From the NCBI GenBank assembly GCA_046483305.1, contig JAWODM010000041.1:16486-80485 (forward strand): DNA of 64,000 nucleotides, in the 5' to 3' direction. The notes beneath the pieces are model-generated. The model did no database searches, was not told the DNA's origin, and worked only from the letters and a program-made list of their open reading frames with translations. Positions 29,195 to 38,534 of this stretch are shown one piece after another. The DNA is from Candidatus Krumholzibacteriales bacterium. GTDB taxonomy: Bacteria > Krumholzibacteriota > Krumholzibacteriia > Krumholzibacteriales > WJIX01. The number at the start of each line of letters is the position of its first letter. The first letter of the stretch is position 1. The translations under genes were made by a program, and so were the position numbers.

Positions 29195-29557
29195 TTATTC
29201 TTCCCACTGATAGATGCTCTCTCCGTAAATCTCAGCGTACCTTTTCTTCAACTCATGGAATATCTTTTCCACCTCCGGGTCCCAGGCGAAATTAACGTTG
29301 TCAGTGCGCCTTCTGTTATAGAGATCGAGCGCGATAACTATATCCCTGGACTCCTCCATGGTAAGGTTATATTCCTTCTCGGAAAGCCCCGTTTCAAGCT
29401 TTTCTATTATTCTCCCGTATCCGCTGCCGCAGCCCTCCCCGCTAAACACCGTAACTATTAAACCCCTGTCATCCACTTTCTTGCTCATCCTCGGCAGTTC
29501 CTCGAGCACTTCGATAATCTTCCTGATTTTGTCGCTGCTTACCCGGGGGTGAATCAT
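29195..29557 (-). CDS. Hypothetical protein directly upstream of the tRNA-Gly
   Basis: 120 aa ORF filling the gap, co-oriented with the tRNA; no family recognised. Confidence 0.6.
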   Translation of the reverse strand: MIHPRVSSDKIRKIIEVLEELPRMSKKVDDRGLIVTVFSGEGCGSGYGRIIEKLETGLSEKEYNLTMEESRDIVIALDLYNRRRTDNVNFAWDPEVEKIFHELKKRYAEIYGESIYQWEE

Positions 29558-29736
29558 AACGGCTTTCCCGCAAATAAATATGAAATAACTCTATTCATAT
29601 AAAGATTTCCATTTTAATATTATATAAGATCAGAGGGAACATATTAATAAAGAACTTTATATTAATTGATTGTCAATAATTTTTGCGATATTCTCAGCTA
29701 TATGCCGGCAAAATCAGAAAAGGAGGCCCGGAGACG

Positions 29737-30429
29737 ATGATTATAGCCGTTCATCAACCACTGCTGCTTCCCTGGCCCGGGCTCTTTTTCAAGGCGTTGA
29801 AAGCAGACGTGCTGGTTTTTCTCGATGATGTGCAGTTCCCCACCGGTTCGAGTTTTCTGACCAGAAACAGAATCAAGGATGAAGACGGCCCTCTCTGGCT
29901 GATCGTGCCGGTATGGAGAAAAGGCCTGGGGCTTCAGCAGATCCGTGACGTCGAAATATGTTACCAGAGGAAGTGGAGAAGAAAACACCTGACAGCAATC
30001 AGGCAGAACTATACCAACGCTCCCTACCTGGATAAGTATATGCCTGAGCTGAAAGAGACCTACAGGAGAGATCATACTCTGTTGGCCGACCTCAATCTCG
30101 AAATCATTCTCTTCCTCGCAGGAGCCCTCCATATAGATACCCCTTTCCTGCTGCAAACGGAACTGGGAGTAAAAAGCGCCGGAACAGACCTGATAATAGA
30201 TATCTGCAGGGAGGCCGGAGCGGATGGCTTTCTTAACTTTCCGGCGGCGGCCGGACACCTGGATACCGAAGCCATGCGGAAAGAAGGAATAGAGTTCATA
30301 CCGGCCCGTTACAGGCCGCCGGTATATCCTCAGCTTCACGGGGAATTCATATACAACCTTTCCACTCTGGACCTGCTGATGAACTGCGGGCCGGCGGGCA
30401 GAGATATCATACTTGAAGCCGGTGGCTGA
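29737..30429 (+). CDS. WbqC-family protein (putative glycine transferase)
   Basis: AVHQP..LPWPGLF.K...DV.VFLDDVQF, RNRI, WLIVPV, NY..APY, YPQ...F..NLSTLDLL.N.G; AGGAGG SD. Confidence 0.9.
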   Translation: MIIAVHQPLLLPWPGLFFKALKADVLVFLDDVQFPTGSSFLTRNRIKDEDGPLWLIVPVWRKGLGLQQIRDVEICYQRKWRRKHLTAIRQNYTNAPYLDKYMPELKETYRRDHTLLADLNLEIILFLAGALHIDTPFLLQTELGVKSAGTDLIIDICREAGADGFLNFPAAAGHLDTEAMRKEGIEFIPARYRPPVYPQLHGEFIYNLSTLDLLMNCGPAGRDIILEAGG

Positions 30430-30590
30430 TATACCAGATAAAAAGCCTTTATTATACCGAATGATTACTGCCGGTAAACCATGCATTGACAATTCTTGAA
30501 AATGACAAATCCTTAAACTATTTGAAAAAGATATGATTCAAACTTATATTCCGTAAAACCGGATCATTAGATTAATCCCTGGATCAGGAG

Positions 30591-32141
30591 ATGAATATGA
30601 ATCTGAACAAACCGGCAACCGGCCAGAATGGAACAGACAGGCGCTCATTCCTGATGAGAACGCTCGACAGGATAGAGAAGGTTGGAAACAGGCTTCCTCA
30701 TCCCGCCACTCTTTTCGCGATATTCGCGGCTATAGTCGTAATAGTATCCGATATAGTTCACCGAAGCGGTTCGGTGGCAAAACATCCCGGCACCGGGGAG
30801 ATGATACGGGGGATATCCCTTCTCAACCCCGAGGGGCTGAGATTCATGTTTTCCAGGGCTACGGAGAACTTCGTCTACTTTCCTCCTCTGGGCATAGTGC
30901 TGGTTGCCATGATAGGTATCGGAGTGGCGGAAGGTTCCGGCCTGATCACGGCTCTTCTCAAGCACCTGGTAACTTCCGCGCCCAGGCGCCTGGTCACTGC
31001 GGCGGTAATCGCAGCCGGGGTCCTCTCCCACCTGGCCTCCAGCGCCGGATATGTGGTGCTGATCCCTCTGGGAGCGATGGTGTTCACGGCCTTCAAGAGA
31101 CACCCCCTGGCCGGGATGGCGGCCGCTTTCTGCGGAGTAAGCGGCGGGTTCGGCGCCAACTTTCTGATAGGTTCGGTGGATCCCATACTGGCCGGCCTGT
31201 CAGAGTCGGCCGCCAACCTGATCGACGGGAGCATGCAGATCAATCCAGCGGTCAACTTCTACTTCATGCTCGCGTCCGCTTTCATGATCGTAATAGTGGG
31301 AACCTGGGTCACAGAGAAATTCGTGGAGCCGCGGCTGGGGGATTACGGCGGAGAAACGGAAGATTTCGAACAAATAGAGGACCGGGAAAAGAAAGGCCTG
31401 TTCTGGGCCGGCATCTCCGTTGCGGTGGTGCTGGGAGCCCTCCTGCTTATGATAATTCCCGAGAACGGGGTTCTGCGCAATCCCGAAACAGGCTCGATAC
31501 TCCATTCACCTTTCATGGACGGCCTGATCACGGCTATAATGATTTTCTTCCTGATCCCGGGCCTGGCCTACGGAATAACTGTTGGAACCATCAGAAGCGA
31601 CAAGGATGTAATCAAGCAGATGACCAAATCGATGAAGGGCCTGGCGGGATATATAGTACTTGTATTCTTCGCCGGCCAGTTTGTCTACTACTTCAAGGAG
31701 AGCAATATCGGGGTCCTGCTTGCGATCAACGGCGCTCAGATCCTGAAGAATGTCGGGTTTACCGGTATCCCCCTGCTTATATCCTTTGTGGTGGTATCGG
31801 CGTTCATAAACCTGTTCATGGGGAGCGCCTCCGCCAAGTGGGCTATCATGGCGCCGATATTCGTTCCGATGTTCATGCTGCTGGGGTACCATCCGGGTAT
31901 TACCCAGGCAGCTTTCCGAATCGGTGACTCTATTACCAATATTATTACCCCCATGATGAGCTACTTCGCTCTGATTGTCGCGTTCGCCCAGAAATACAAC
32001 GAGCGATACGGGATAGGAACCATTATCGCCACCATGCTGCCCTACTCCGTCGCTTTCGGCATATTCTGGATAATACTCCTGGCCGCCTGGATGCTTCTCG
32101 GCCTTCCCACCGGCCCGGACGCCCCCCTTCACATCCCATGA
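30591..32141 (+). CDS. abgT: AbgT-family transporter
   Basis: IEKVGNRLPHP, F.PLG.VLV, RHPLAG, GSASAKW, RIGDSITNIITP. Confidence 0.9.
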   Translation: MNMNLNKPATGQNGTDRRSFLMRTLDRIEKVGNRLPHPATLFAIFAAIVVIVSDIVHRSGSVAKHPGTGEMIRGISLLNPEGLRFMFSRATENFVYFPPLGIVLVAMIGIGVAEGSGLITALLKHLVTSAPRRLVTAAVIAAGVLSHLASSAGYVVLIPLGAMVFTAFKRHPLAGMAAAFCGVSGGFGANFLIGSVDPILAGLSESAANLIDGSMQINPAVNFYFMLASAFMIVIVGTWVTEKFVEPRLGDYGGETEDFEQIEDREKKGLFWAGISVAVVLGALLLMIIPENGVLRNPETGSILHSPFMDGLITAIMIFFLIPGLAYGITVGTIRSDKDVIKQMTKSMKGLAGYIVLVFFAGQFVYYFKESNIGVLLAINGAQILKNVGFTGIPLLISFVVVSAFINLFMGSASAKWAIMAPIFVPMFMLLGYHPGITQAAFRIGDSITNIITPMMSYFALIVAFAQKYNERYGIGTIIATMLPYSVAFGIFWIILLAAWMLLGLPTGPDAPLHIP

Positions 32142-32233
32142 TGAGAGAAGAAGCTGAATCCTGACAATATGCCAGCAAAATTTAACCTTGATATTTTAAA
32201 CAGCCCTCCTATATATTAAACCAACACATATTT

Positions 32234-32247
32234 TGAATACATATTCA
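32234..32247. promoter_or_regulatory. Palindromic operator candidate for the TetR regulator
   Basis: TGAATA-CA-TATTCA inverted repeat 37 nt upstream of the tetR start. Confidence 0.5.
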
Positions 32248-32284
32248 TTATTTATAATCAGAATTCACAAGAGGAAATCACAGA

Positions 32285-32884
32285 GTGAAGAAAGAAAGAA
32301 TTCCGAGGAAAGAGAGAGAAAAAAAGAGGCTGCGTGAGGAGATCCTGATTACCGCTTCCGAACTGTTCTCAAATCTGAGTTATGAAAAAACCACTGTTCA
32401 GCAGATCGCCGAAAGCGCCGAAGTGTCGGTGGGAACTATTTATAACCTGTTCGACAGCAAGGAAGCCATATTCCTGGATCTGATAAATCTGATAATCGAA
32501 GATCTGGACCGCGAAATCCGGGAAGCATCCAACAGGAATGAGGGCCCGGTAGACAAGATACGCTCATTTTTCAGGACATACCTTCATTTCTGTGATAAAC
32601 ACCTCAACGCCATGATAGTGATTCATCTTGAGAACCCGCATAAGATGCATGGGATCATAAACAATTTCTTCAATAAGCAACTCTCCCTGCTGGAGAGGTA
32701 TTTTTCCATGGCTATCGAGAAAGAGGAACTTGTCTGGGACAACCCCCGCCTTCTCTCGGTGATCACCATAGGATATATTCATTCATACGCTCATATACTG
32801 GCCACTGAAAAAGATGCGGAAATGAAGGATGATCTGATAAGTATATTTGAACGCACCATTCTCCAGCCGTCACATCAGGGATAA
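32285..32884 (+). CDS. TetR/AcrR-family regulator
   Basis: TTVQQIAESAEVSVGTIYNLFDSKE HTH. Confidence 0.93.
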   Translation: MKKERIPRKEREKKRLREEILITASELFSNLSYEKTTVQQIAESAEVSVGTIYNLFDSKEAIFLDLINLIIEDLDREIREASNRNEGPVDKIRSFFRTYLHFCDKHLNAMIVIHLENPHKMHGIINNFFNKQLSLLERYFSMAIEKEELVWDNPRLLSVITIGYIHSYAHILATEKDAEMKDDLISIFERTILQPSHQG

Positions 32885-32913
32885 TGAATGAAATGATCGG
32901 AGGACCAGAGAAC

Positions 32914-34311
32914 ATGAAATTATTCAGAAAAAGCCTTGTAATCAAGGCCGCAGCGATTGCGGCGGCAGTGATCATTACCGGACCGGCAGAAACTGCTGAA
33001 AATGATTCTGCCGGGCAGGGCAAACCGTTGGAACTATCCGTTTCAAAAGCGGTTCAGCTGGGGCTTGAATCGAACGAACAGCTCAAGCAGGCGGAAGAGG
33101 GCATAGAGAAAGCGAAGGCGGGAATAACCGAAGCCAAGGCGGCGGCCTTCCCCAAACTGAACCTGAACGGCCAATACGGAAGGAATATCAGGAAACCGGT
33201 TCTGTTTCTGCCCCCTGAGTTCGGGCAGGCTTTCGGTATGACCTCATCCTTCGTAGAGATCGGAGAGGACAATGATTTCTCGGGGCAGGCCATCCTGGAA
33301 ATGCCGCTCTGGACAGTGGGAAGGCTGGGCGCTGCCATAAACATAGCGCAGAGCTATCTAAAAGCATACAACGACCGGGAGGCCGCAGCCAGGAATTACG
33401 CCGTATACCTGGTTAAAGAGGCTTATTATTCAGCCCTCCTGGCCAAACAGAACCTGAATATAGCGGAACAGGCTCTGAAGGCAACGCAGGAATCGGCAAG
33501 AATAGCCAGAGCGGGTCACGAGGAGGGAACGGTCAGCAGGTTCGACCTTCTGAGAGCCGAAGTGGAACTTTCCAACCGCCAGTCCCCTCTGGTAAAAGCA
33601 AGGAATGACCTTAATAAGAGTTACATACTGCTGCGGAGAAGATGCGGCCTTGAGCCGGGAACCCCGCTGGAGCTTACAGATAAGCTGGTACCTGTTGATA
33701 TTCCAGAAGATACCGAAGCGCTGCTATCGAGAATGCGTGAAGTAAACCCGGAAATCGGGGCTCTTCAATCCCAGGTCAGGATGCAGGCGGAGAATCTCAG
33801 TCTTCAGAAGGCGGAAAGATATCCGATATTCAACCTCACTGCCTACTATGCTTTGCAGTCCCAGTGGTCAAACGATTTCATTCCGGAAGAGGAAATGGTC
33901 GCGAAAACCGCGGCGGTCCAGATAGGAGTCCAGATTCCCATCTTTGACGGGTTCGCCGCAAAGGGGAAAATCAGAAAAGCCAGAGCTGACCTCAGGACCG
34001 CAAAAATAGATCTTAACAGTAACCTCAGGGATAAAGAGGTGGCGGTGAGAACAACCCGCCTGGCTCTTATCGACGCGATAACCTCCCTGGAGGGGAGGCG
34101 GGAGGCAGTGGAACTTGCTGAAGAGGCCCACCGGATTGCGCTGGTGAAGTTAAAAAACGGGCTGGCCACTCCCCTGGAACGCCTGGACGCCGAATTGGCC
34201 ATGACCACCGCCCGGGCCCAGCTGGCGGAGGTTCTTTACTCATGCAATATTGCCAGGGCCCAGCTTGAACTGGCCATAGGAATCGATACGGCTGACAATA
34301 TTGAAGATTAG
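32914..34311 (+). CDS. TolC-family outer-membrane efflux protein
   Basis: Signal peptide, two OEP repeats (FPKLNL; YPIFNL...IPIFDG); start at 32914 behind GGAGG (alternative 32884). Confidence 0.9.
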   Translation: MKLFRKSLVIKAAAIAAAVIITGPAETAENDSAGQGKPLELSVSKAVQLGLESNEQLKQAEEGIEKAKAGITEAKAAAFPKLNLNGQYGRNIRKPVLFLPPEFGQAFGMTSSFVEIGEDNDFSGQAILEMPLWTVGRLGAAINIAQSYLKAYNDREAAARNYAVYLVKEAYYSALLAKQNLNIAEQALKATQESARIARAGHEEGTVSRFDLLRAEVELSNRQSPLVKARNDLNKSYILLRRRCGLEPGTPLELTDKLVPVDIPEDTEALLSRMREVNPEIGALQSQVRMQAENLSLQKAERYPIFNLTAYYALQSQWSNDFIPEEEMVAKTAAVQIGVQIPIFDGFAAKGKIRKARADLRTAKIDLNSNLRDKEVAVRTTRLALIDAITSLEGRREAVELAEEAHRIALVKLKNGLATPLERLDAELAMTTARAQLAEVLYSCNIARAQLELAIGIDTADNIED

Positions 34312-34329
34312 TACAGAAGGAGCTGAGAG

Positions 34330-35433
34330 ATGAAAAAGGAGACAGGAACCAGAAGCAGAAAAGGCACCTTGATAACAGTTATTATCATTGCGGTAGTGGC
34401 GGTGGCTTTTGCGGCCCGATTCATAAGTCTGCGTGATCAGGGCACGGTGGCGAGTATCGATTCGGTGCAGAAGAAAGAGGGAAAACCGGTAGAGCTGGTA
34501 AAAGTGGAAAGGGGTGAGATAAACCGGTGGATCACACTCGCTGGTACCGTGGAAGGGCTTAACCAGTACCCCATTATCTCAACCAACACCATACAGATAA
34601 AAGATGTCCTGAAATCCGAGGGCAGCCTGGTCGAACCCGGAGATGTAATTATCCGGCTGATAAAGGAAGCCCCAAATCCGATGCTTCACTCTTACAAAAG
34701 GGCCAGGGCGGTTTACGAAGATGCCGGGAAGGACCTTCAGAGAATGAAGAACCTTTACCGGGAGGGCGCTGTCTCCAAACAGGCCCTGGACAAGGCTGAG
34801 CTGAATTTCAGCGTCGCCGGGACAAATCTGATCAACGCCTCGGAGGGCATTAACCTCAAAACCAGCACCCGGGGAATAGTCACCAGCATCCTGGTCGAGG
34901 AAGGCGAGATGGCCAATGCCGGAGCGCCCCTGGCCTGGATAGCCAACACCGACACTGTGAAAATAGTTTTTCACGCGGGAAGCAGGCAGGCGCTGGACCT
35001 GGATATCGGGCAGGCCGCTGTATGGAAGTCGGAATTGACCGGAAAGAGCGGCAGGGGCAGAATCAGCAAGCTGGCTGTTTCCGCGGATCCGAGGACCCAT
35101 CTGCTTGAAGGCGAAGCATTGTTTCCCAATCAAGAAGGAGAGCTGGTACCGGGGTTACTGGTCTCCTTTGACGTAAATGTAGCGAACAACAGCGGGGCTC
35201 TGACAATTCCGAACGAGAGCATGATCAAAACCGATGGCACCTACCGGGTTTTCGTGGCCGAGGAAACGGAACAGGGTTACCGGGCCGAACAGCGCATTAT
35301 TGAAACCGGCGTAAGGACAACAGACAGAACGGAAGTTACTTCCGGGCTATCAGCCGGAGAGATGGTAGTAAAATTCGGATGGAGCAAACTGCAGGACGGC
35401 GACCTGATCAAGCCGGTAAAGGGGGGCAATTAA
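34330..35433 (+). CDS. RND efflux periplasmic adaptor subunit
   Basis: N-terminal TM, lipoyl-like EG..V..GD, L...GAVS hairpin, GLSAGE.VV. Confidence 0.9.
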   Translation: MKKETGTRSRKGTLITVIIIAVVAVAFAARFISLRDQGTVASIDSVQKKEGKPVELVKVERGEINRWITLAGTVEGLNQYPIISTNTIQIKDVLKSEGSLVEPGDVIIRLIKEAPNPMLHSYKRARAVYEDAGKDLQRMKNLYREGAVSKQALDKAELNFSVAGTNLINASEGINLKTSTRGIVTSILVEEGEMANAGAPLAWIANTDTVKIVFHAGSRQALDLDIGQAAVWKSELTGKSGRGRISKLAVSADPRTHLLEGEALFPNQEGELVPGLLVSFDVNVANNSGALTIPNESMIKTDGTYRVFVAEETEQGYRAEQRIIETGVRTTDRTEVTSGLSAGEMVVKFGWSKLQDGDLIKPVKGGN

Positions 35434-35434
35434 T

Positions 35435-38400
35435 ATGAACCTCTTTCGGATATTCATCAGAAAACCGGTTCTGACAACCATGATCCTGGTTGCCCTGCTG
35501 GTTCTGGGCATTAATTCATACCGGGGCATGATCGTGGAGATGATGCCTCAGATAGACCTTCCCTTTGTAGTGGTAACAACGGTTTATCCCGGAGCATCCC
35601 CCGCAGAGATAGAGAGCCAGGTAACCAAGAAGATCGAGGATGAGATTGCCACTATCGCGAACGTAAAAAGGATAGAATCGACCTCCATGGAGAACATGTC
35701 TCAGATCGTGGTGGAGTTTGAACTGGAGACCGATGTAGACCTGGATGCCATCGACGTGAAGGACAAGGTGGAAGCTATCCTGTCAGAACTCCCTGAGGAT
35801 ACGGAAAGGCCTATCATACAGAAATGGGATATCAACGCAATCCCTATAATTGAGATAGCGGTCTCAGCGCCACGCCCCCTTCAGGAAGTCTACCGTATCG
35901 CCGACCGGGTTATAAAAGAACGCCTCAGCCGGATCGGGGGCGTCGGCGAGGTGGAAATTACCGGAAAGAGAGAACGGCAGATCAGGGTGGAAGTTCAGCA
36001 GGAGCGTCTTCGCGGCTACGGGCTGAGCCTTCTCGATATAGTGGGGGTGGTATCCGCGGGAAATCTCAACGTGCCGGCCGGCCATATAACCAGGGGCGCT
36101 TCGGAGACAACCATAAGAATGGTCGGAGAGGTCAACGATCCGGCCGAACTCGCCGCTTTCAGGATCCCCCTGCCGCGGGGCGGCACCATACCGCTGTCCG
36201 AAGTCGCCGACATCAGAGACACCACCGAGGAGCTGCGAGAATATTCTTCCTATAACGGACAGCCGGTTATAGGACTTTCGGTAATAAAGCGCTCGGACGG
36301 AAACACGGTGAGTATCGGCAACGGTATCCACAACGCGCTGGAGGAGCTCCGGGCAAAACTCGATCCGGATATTTCCATCGATATATCCCAGGATTCGTCC
36401 ACTTTCATCATCGACGCGGTAAATGACGTTCTGCAGAATATCGGGCTGGGTATACTTCTTACCTCCATACTCCTCCTGATCTTCCTCCATAACTGGAGGC
36501 AGATGATTGTGGCGGCGCTGTCGATGCCCACATCGGTAATTGCCACCTTCCTGCTTATAGAAGCCGGAGGGTTTACCGTGAATATCATGACCCTGATGGC
36601 GCTGGGTATCTCCATCGGAACCCTGGTAACCAACTCGATTCTTATAATTGAAAACATCACCAGGTTCGTAAGGGAGGGGATGGACCCGTTCGAAGCGGCG
36701 GAGAAGGGCACCTCGGAGGTAGCGGTGGCCGTTATCGCCGCCACCCTGACCAACATAGTGGTTTTCACCCCGATAGCTTTCATGAGCGGTATCATAGGAC
36801 GCTTCTTTATCCAGTTCGGCCTTACCGTGGTATTCGCCACTATATTCTCCCTTGTAATCGGATTTACCATGGTGCCGATGCTTTCCGCCAGGATTCTCAA
36901 GCCCAGGAAAGAGCAGGCGGCTGAGGAGCCCGGATGGTGGAAGGAACTGACAAAGAAATGGGATCAGTTCTACGTGAACCTTTCAAACGGTTACCGTAAC
37001 CTTCTGGACGGCGCTCTCAGCCATAAATGGATACCGCTGCTTTCGGCCGCGGCGGCATTTATATTCGCCATATTCCTCATAACCACCATTGGGGGAGAGT
37101 TCATGCCCCTTATCGATCAGAACTTTTTCATTGTGCAGGTGGAGTTTCCCGCCGGCACTTCTCTGGAACGAACCCTTGAGCAAACCAGCCGGATCGAGAA
37201 AATACTGCAGAAGAGAAGCGAAATAAGGGGAACCCTGGTAAAGATAGGGGGAGGCCAGAGGGGCGTGGAAGATGCCGATATAACCGCTCTGCTGGTAGAG
37301 GGCAGCAAGCGGGAAACCGGCCTCAAGGAGCTCATGAATATAGTACGGCCCCAGCTGGCGGGCATACCGGACGCAAAAATTCAGCTGGTCACCGAGGGCG
37401 AGGGAGGAGGAAGCGAAGCGGACCTTCTGATAGAGGTACTTTCCAATGACCCTGACGATCTGATGTCGGCGAGTCAAACCGTTCTGGGGATAGCCCGGAA
37501 TACTCCCGGACTGGTTGAGGTCAGTTCCAGTAACGAAACCGGAAAACCTGAAATCATTCTGTCGCCGATCCGTTACCAGCTTGCCGAGCACGGCCTCAAC
37601 GCCAGCACCCTGGGAATGACCATGAGAACCGCTTTTGCGGGAACCGAGGCGGGAGTATACCGCGAGGAAGGCGAAGAGTACGATGTTATAGTTCAGTACC
37701 CTGAAGAGAACAGGAAAGATCCGGCCTATCTGTCCGATATGCCTATACCTACTCGGGCAGGGGTAAACCTCCCCCTTTCAGACCTGGGAATGCTGAGAAG
37801 GAGTATGGGAGCGGCACAGATACTTCACCGGGACAAACAGAGGGTTGTTCAGATAACCGGAAATATATCTACCGGTTCCCTCAGCGAAGTCCGCGCCATC
37901 ATAGACAGCAGGCTCGCGGAGGCGGAGATCCCTGAGGACGTTACCGTCCAGTACGGAGGCATGGCCGAGATCCAGGATGAATCGTTCAGGTCAATATTTG
38001 AGGCGATGATCCTGGCTATTATTCTTATTTATATAGTGATGGCCGCAATTCTGGAGAGTTTCATACATCCCATAACGGTAATGGTGACACTCCCGCTTGC
38101 CCTTATTGGAGTATCGGTGGGGCTGTTCTTCTTCGGGCAGACCATTAATATCCTCAGTCTGATGTCCATGGTGATGCTTATCGGGATTGTGGTTAACAAC
38201 GCCATACTGATGCTCGACTACACCGCCCAGCTGAGGGGCAGGGGAATGGGAATCAGAGAAGCCCTCCTGGAAGCCTGCCCGGTCAGGTTGAGACCTATCA
38301 TCATGGCCAACCTGGCTATCGCGGTGGGTATGATACCCCAGGTGATGGCTGGAGCGGGAGCTGAATACCGGGTGCCCATGGCGGCGGCGCAGATAGGCGG

Positions 38401-38488
38401 GGTGCTGATATCGGCAATTTTTACCCTGTTCGTGATTCCGACTGTCTATATGATGATGGACCGGCTGCGGTTCCGGAAGAACAAATAA
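35435..38488 (+). CDS. RND efflux permease (AcrB/AcrD/AcrF family)
   Basis: FIRKPV, YPGASP.EIE, GIVVNNAIL, RLRPIIM; 1017 aa. Confidence 0.95.
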   Translation: MNLFRIFIRKPVLTTMILVALLVLGINSYRGMIVEMMPQIDLPFVVVTTVYPGASPAEIESQVTKKIEDEIATIANVKRIESTSMENMSQIVVEFELETDVDLDAIDVKDKVEAILSELPEDTERPIIQKWDINAIPIIEIAVSAPRPLQEVYRIADRVIKERLSRIGGVGEVEITGKRERQIRVEVQQERLRGYGLSLLDIVGVVSAGNLNVPAGHITRGASETTIRMVGEVNDPAELAAFRIPLPRGGTIPLSEVADIRDTTEELREYSSYNGQPVIGLSVIKRSDGNTVSIGNGIHNALEELRAKLDPDISIDISQDSSTFIIDAVNDVLQNIGLGILLTSILLLIFLHNWRQMIVAALSMPTSVIATFLLIEAGGFTVNIMTLMALGISIGTLVTNSILIIENITRFVREGMDPFEAAEKGTSEVAVAVIAATLTNIVVFTPIAFMSGIIGRFFIQFGLTVVFATIFSLVIGFTMVPMLSARILKPRKEQAAEEPGWWKELTKKWDQFYVNLSNGYRNLLDGALSHKWIPLLSAAAAFIFAIFLITTIGGEFMPLIDQNFFIVQVEFPAGTSLERTLEQTSRIEKILQKRSEIRGTLVKIGGGQRGVEDADITALLVEGSKRETGLKELMNIVRPQLAGIPDAKIQLVTEGEGGGSEADLLIEVLSNDPDDLMSASQTVLGIARNTPGLVEVSSSNETGKPEIILSPIRYQLAEHGLNASTLGMTMRTAFAGTEAGVYREEGEEYDVIVQYPEENRKDPAYLSDMPIPTRAGVNLPLSDLGMLRRSMGAAQILHRDKQRVVQITGNISTGSLSEVRAIIDSRLAEAEIPEDVTVQYGGMAEIQDESFRSIFEAMILAIILIYIVMAAILESFIHPITVMVTLPLALIGVSVGLFFFGQTINILSLMSMVMLIGIVVNNAILMLDYTAQLRGRGMGIREALLEACPVRLRPIIMANLAIAVGMIPQVMAGAGAEYRVPMAAAQIGGVLISAIFTLFVIPTVYMMMDRLRFRKNK

Positions 38489-38534
38489 CTCGACGGCCGG
38501 CGTCAGACGTCAGTGTTTTAGAGACGGTTGGCAA

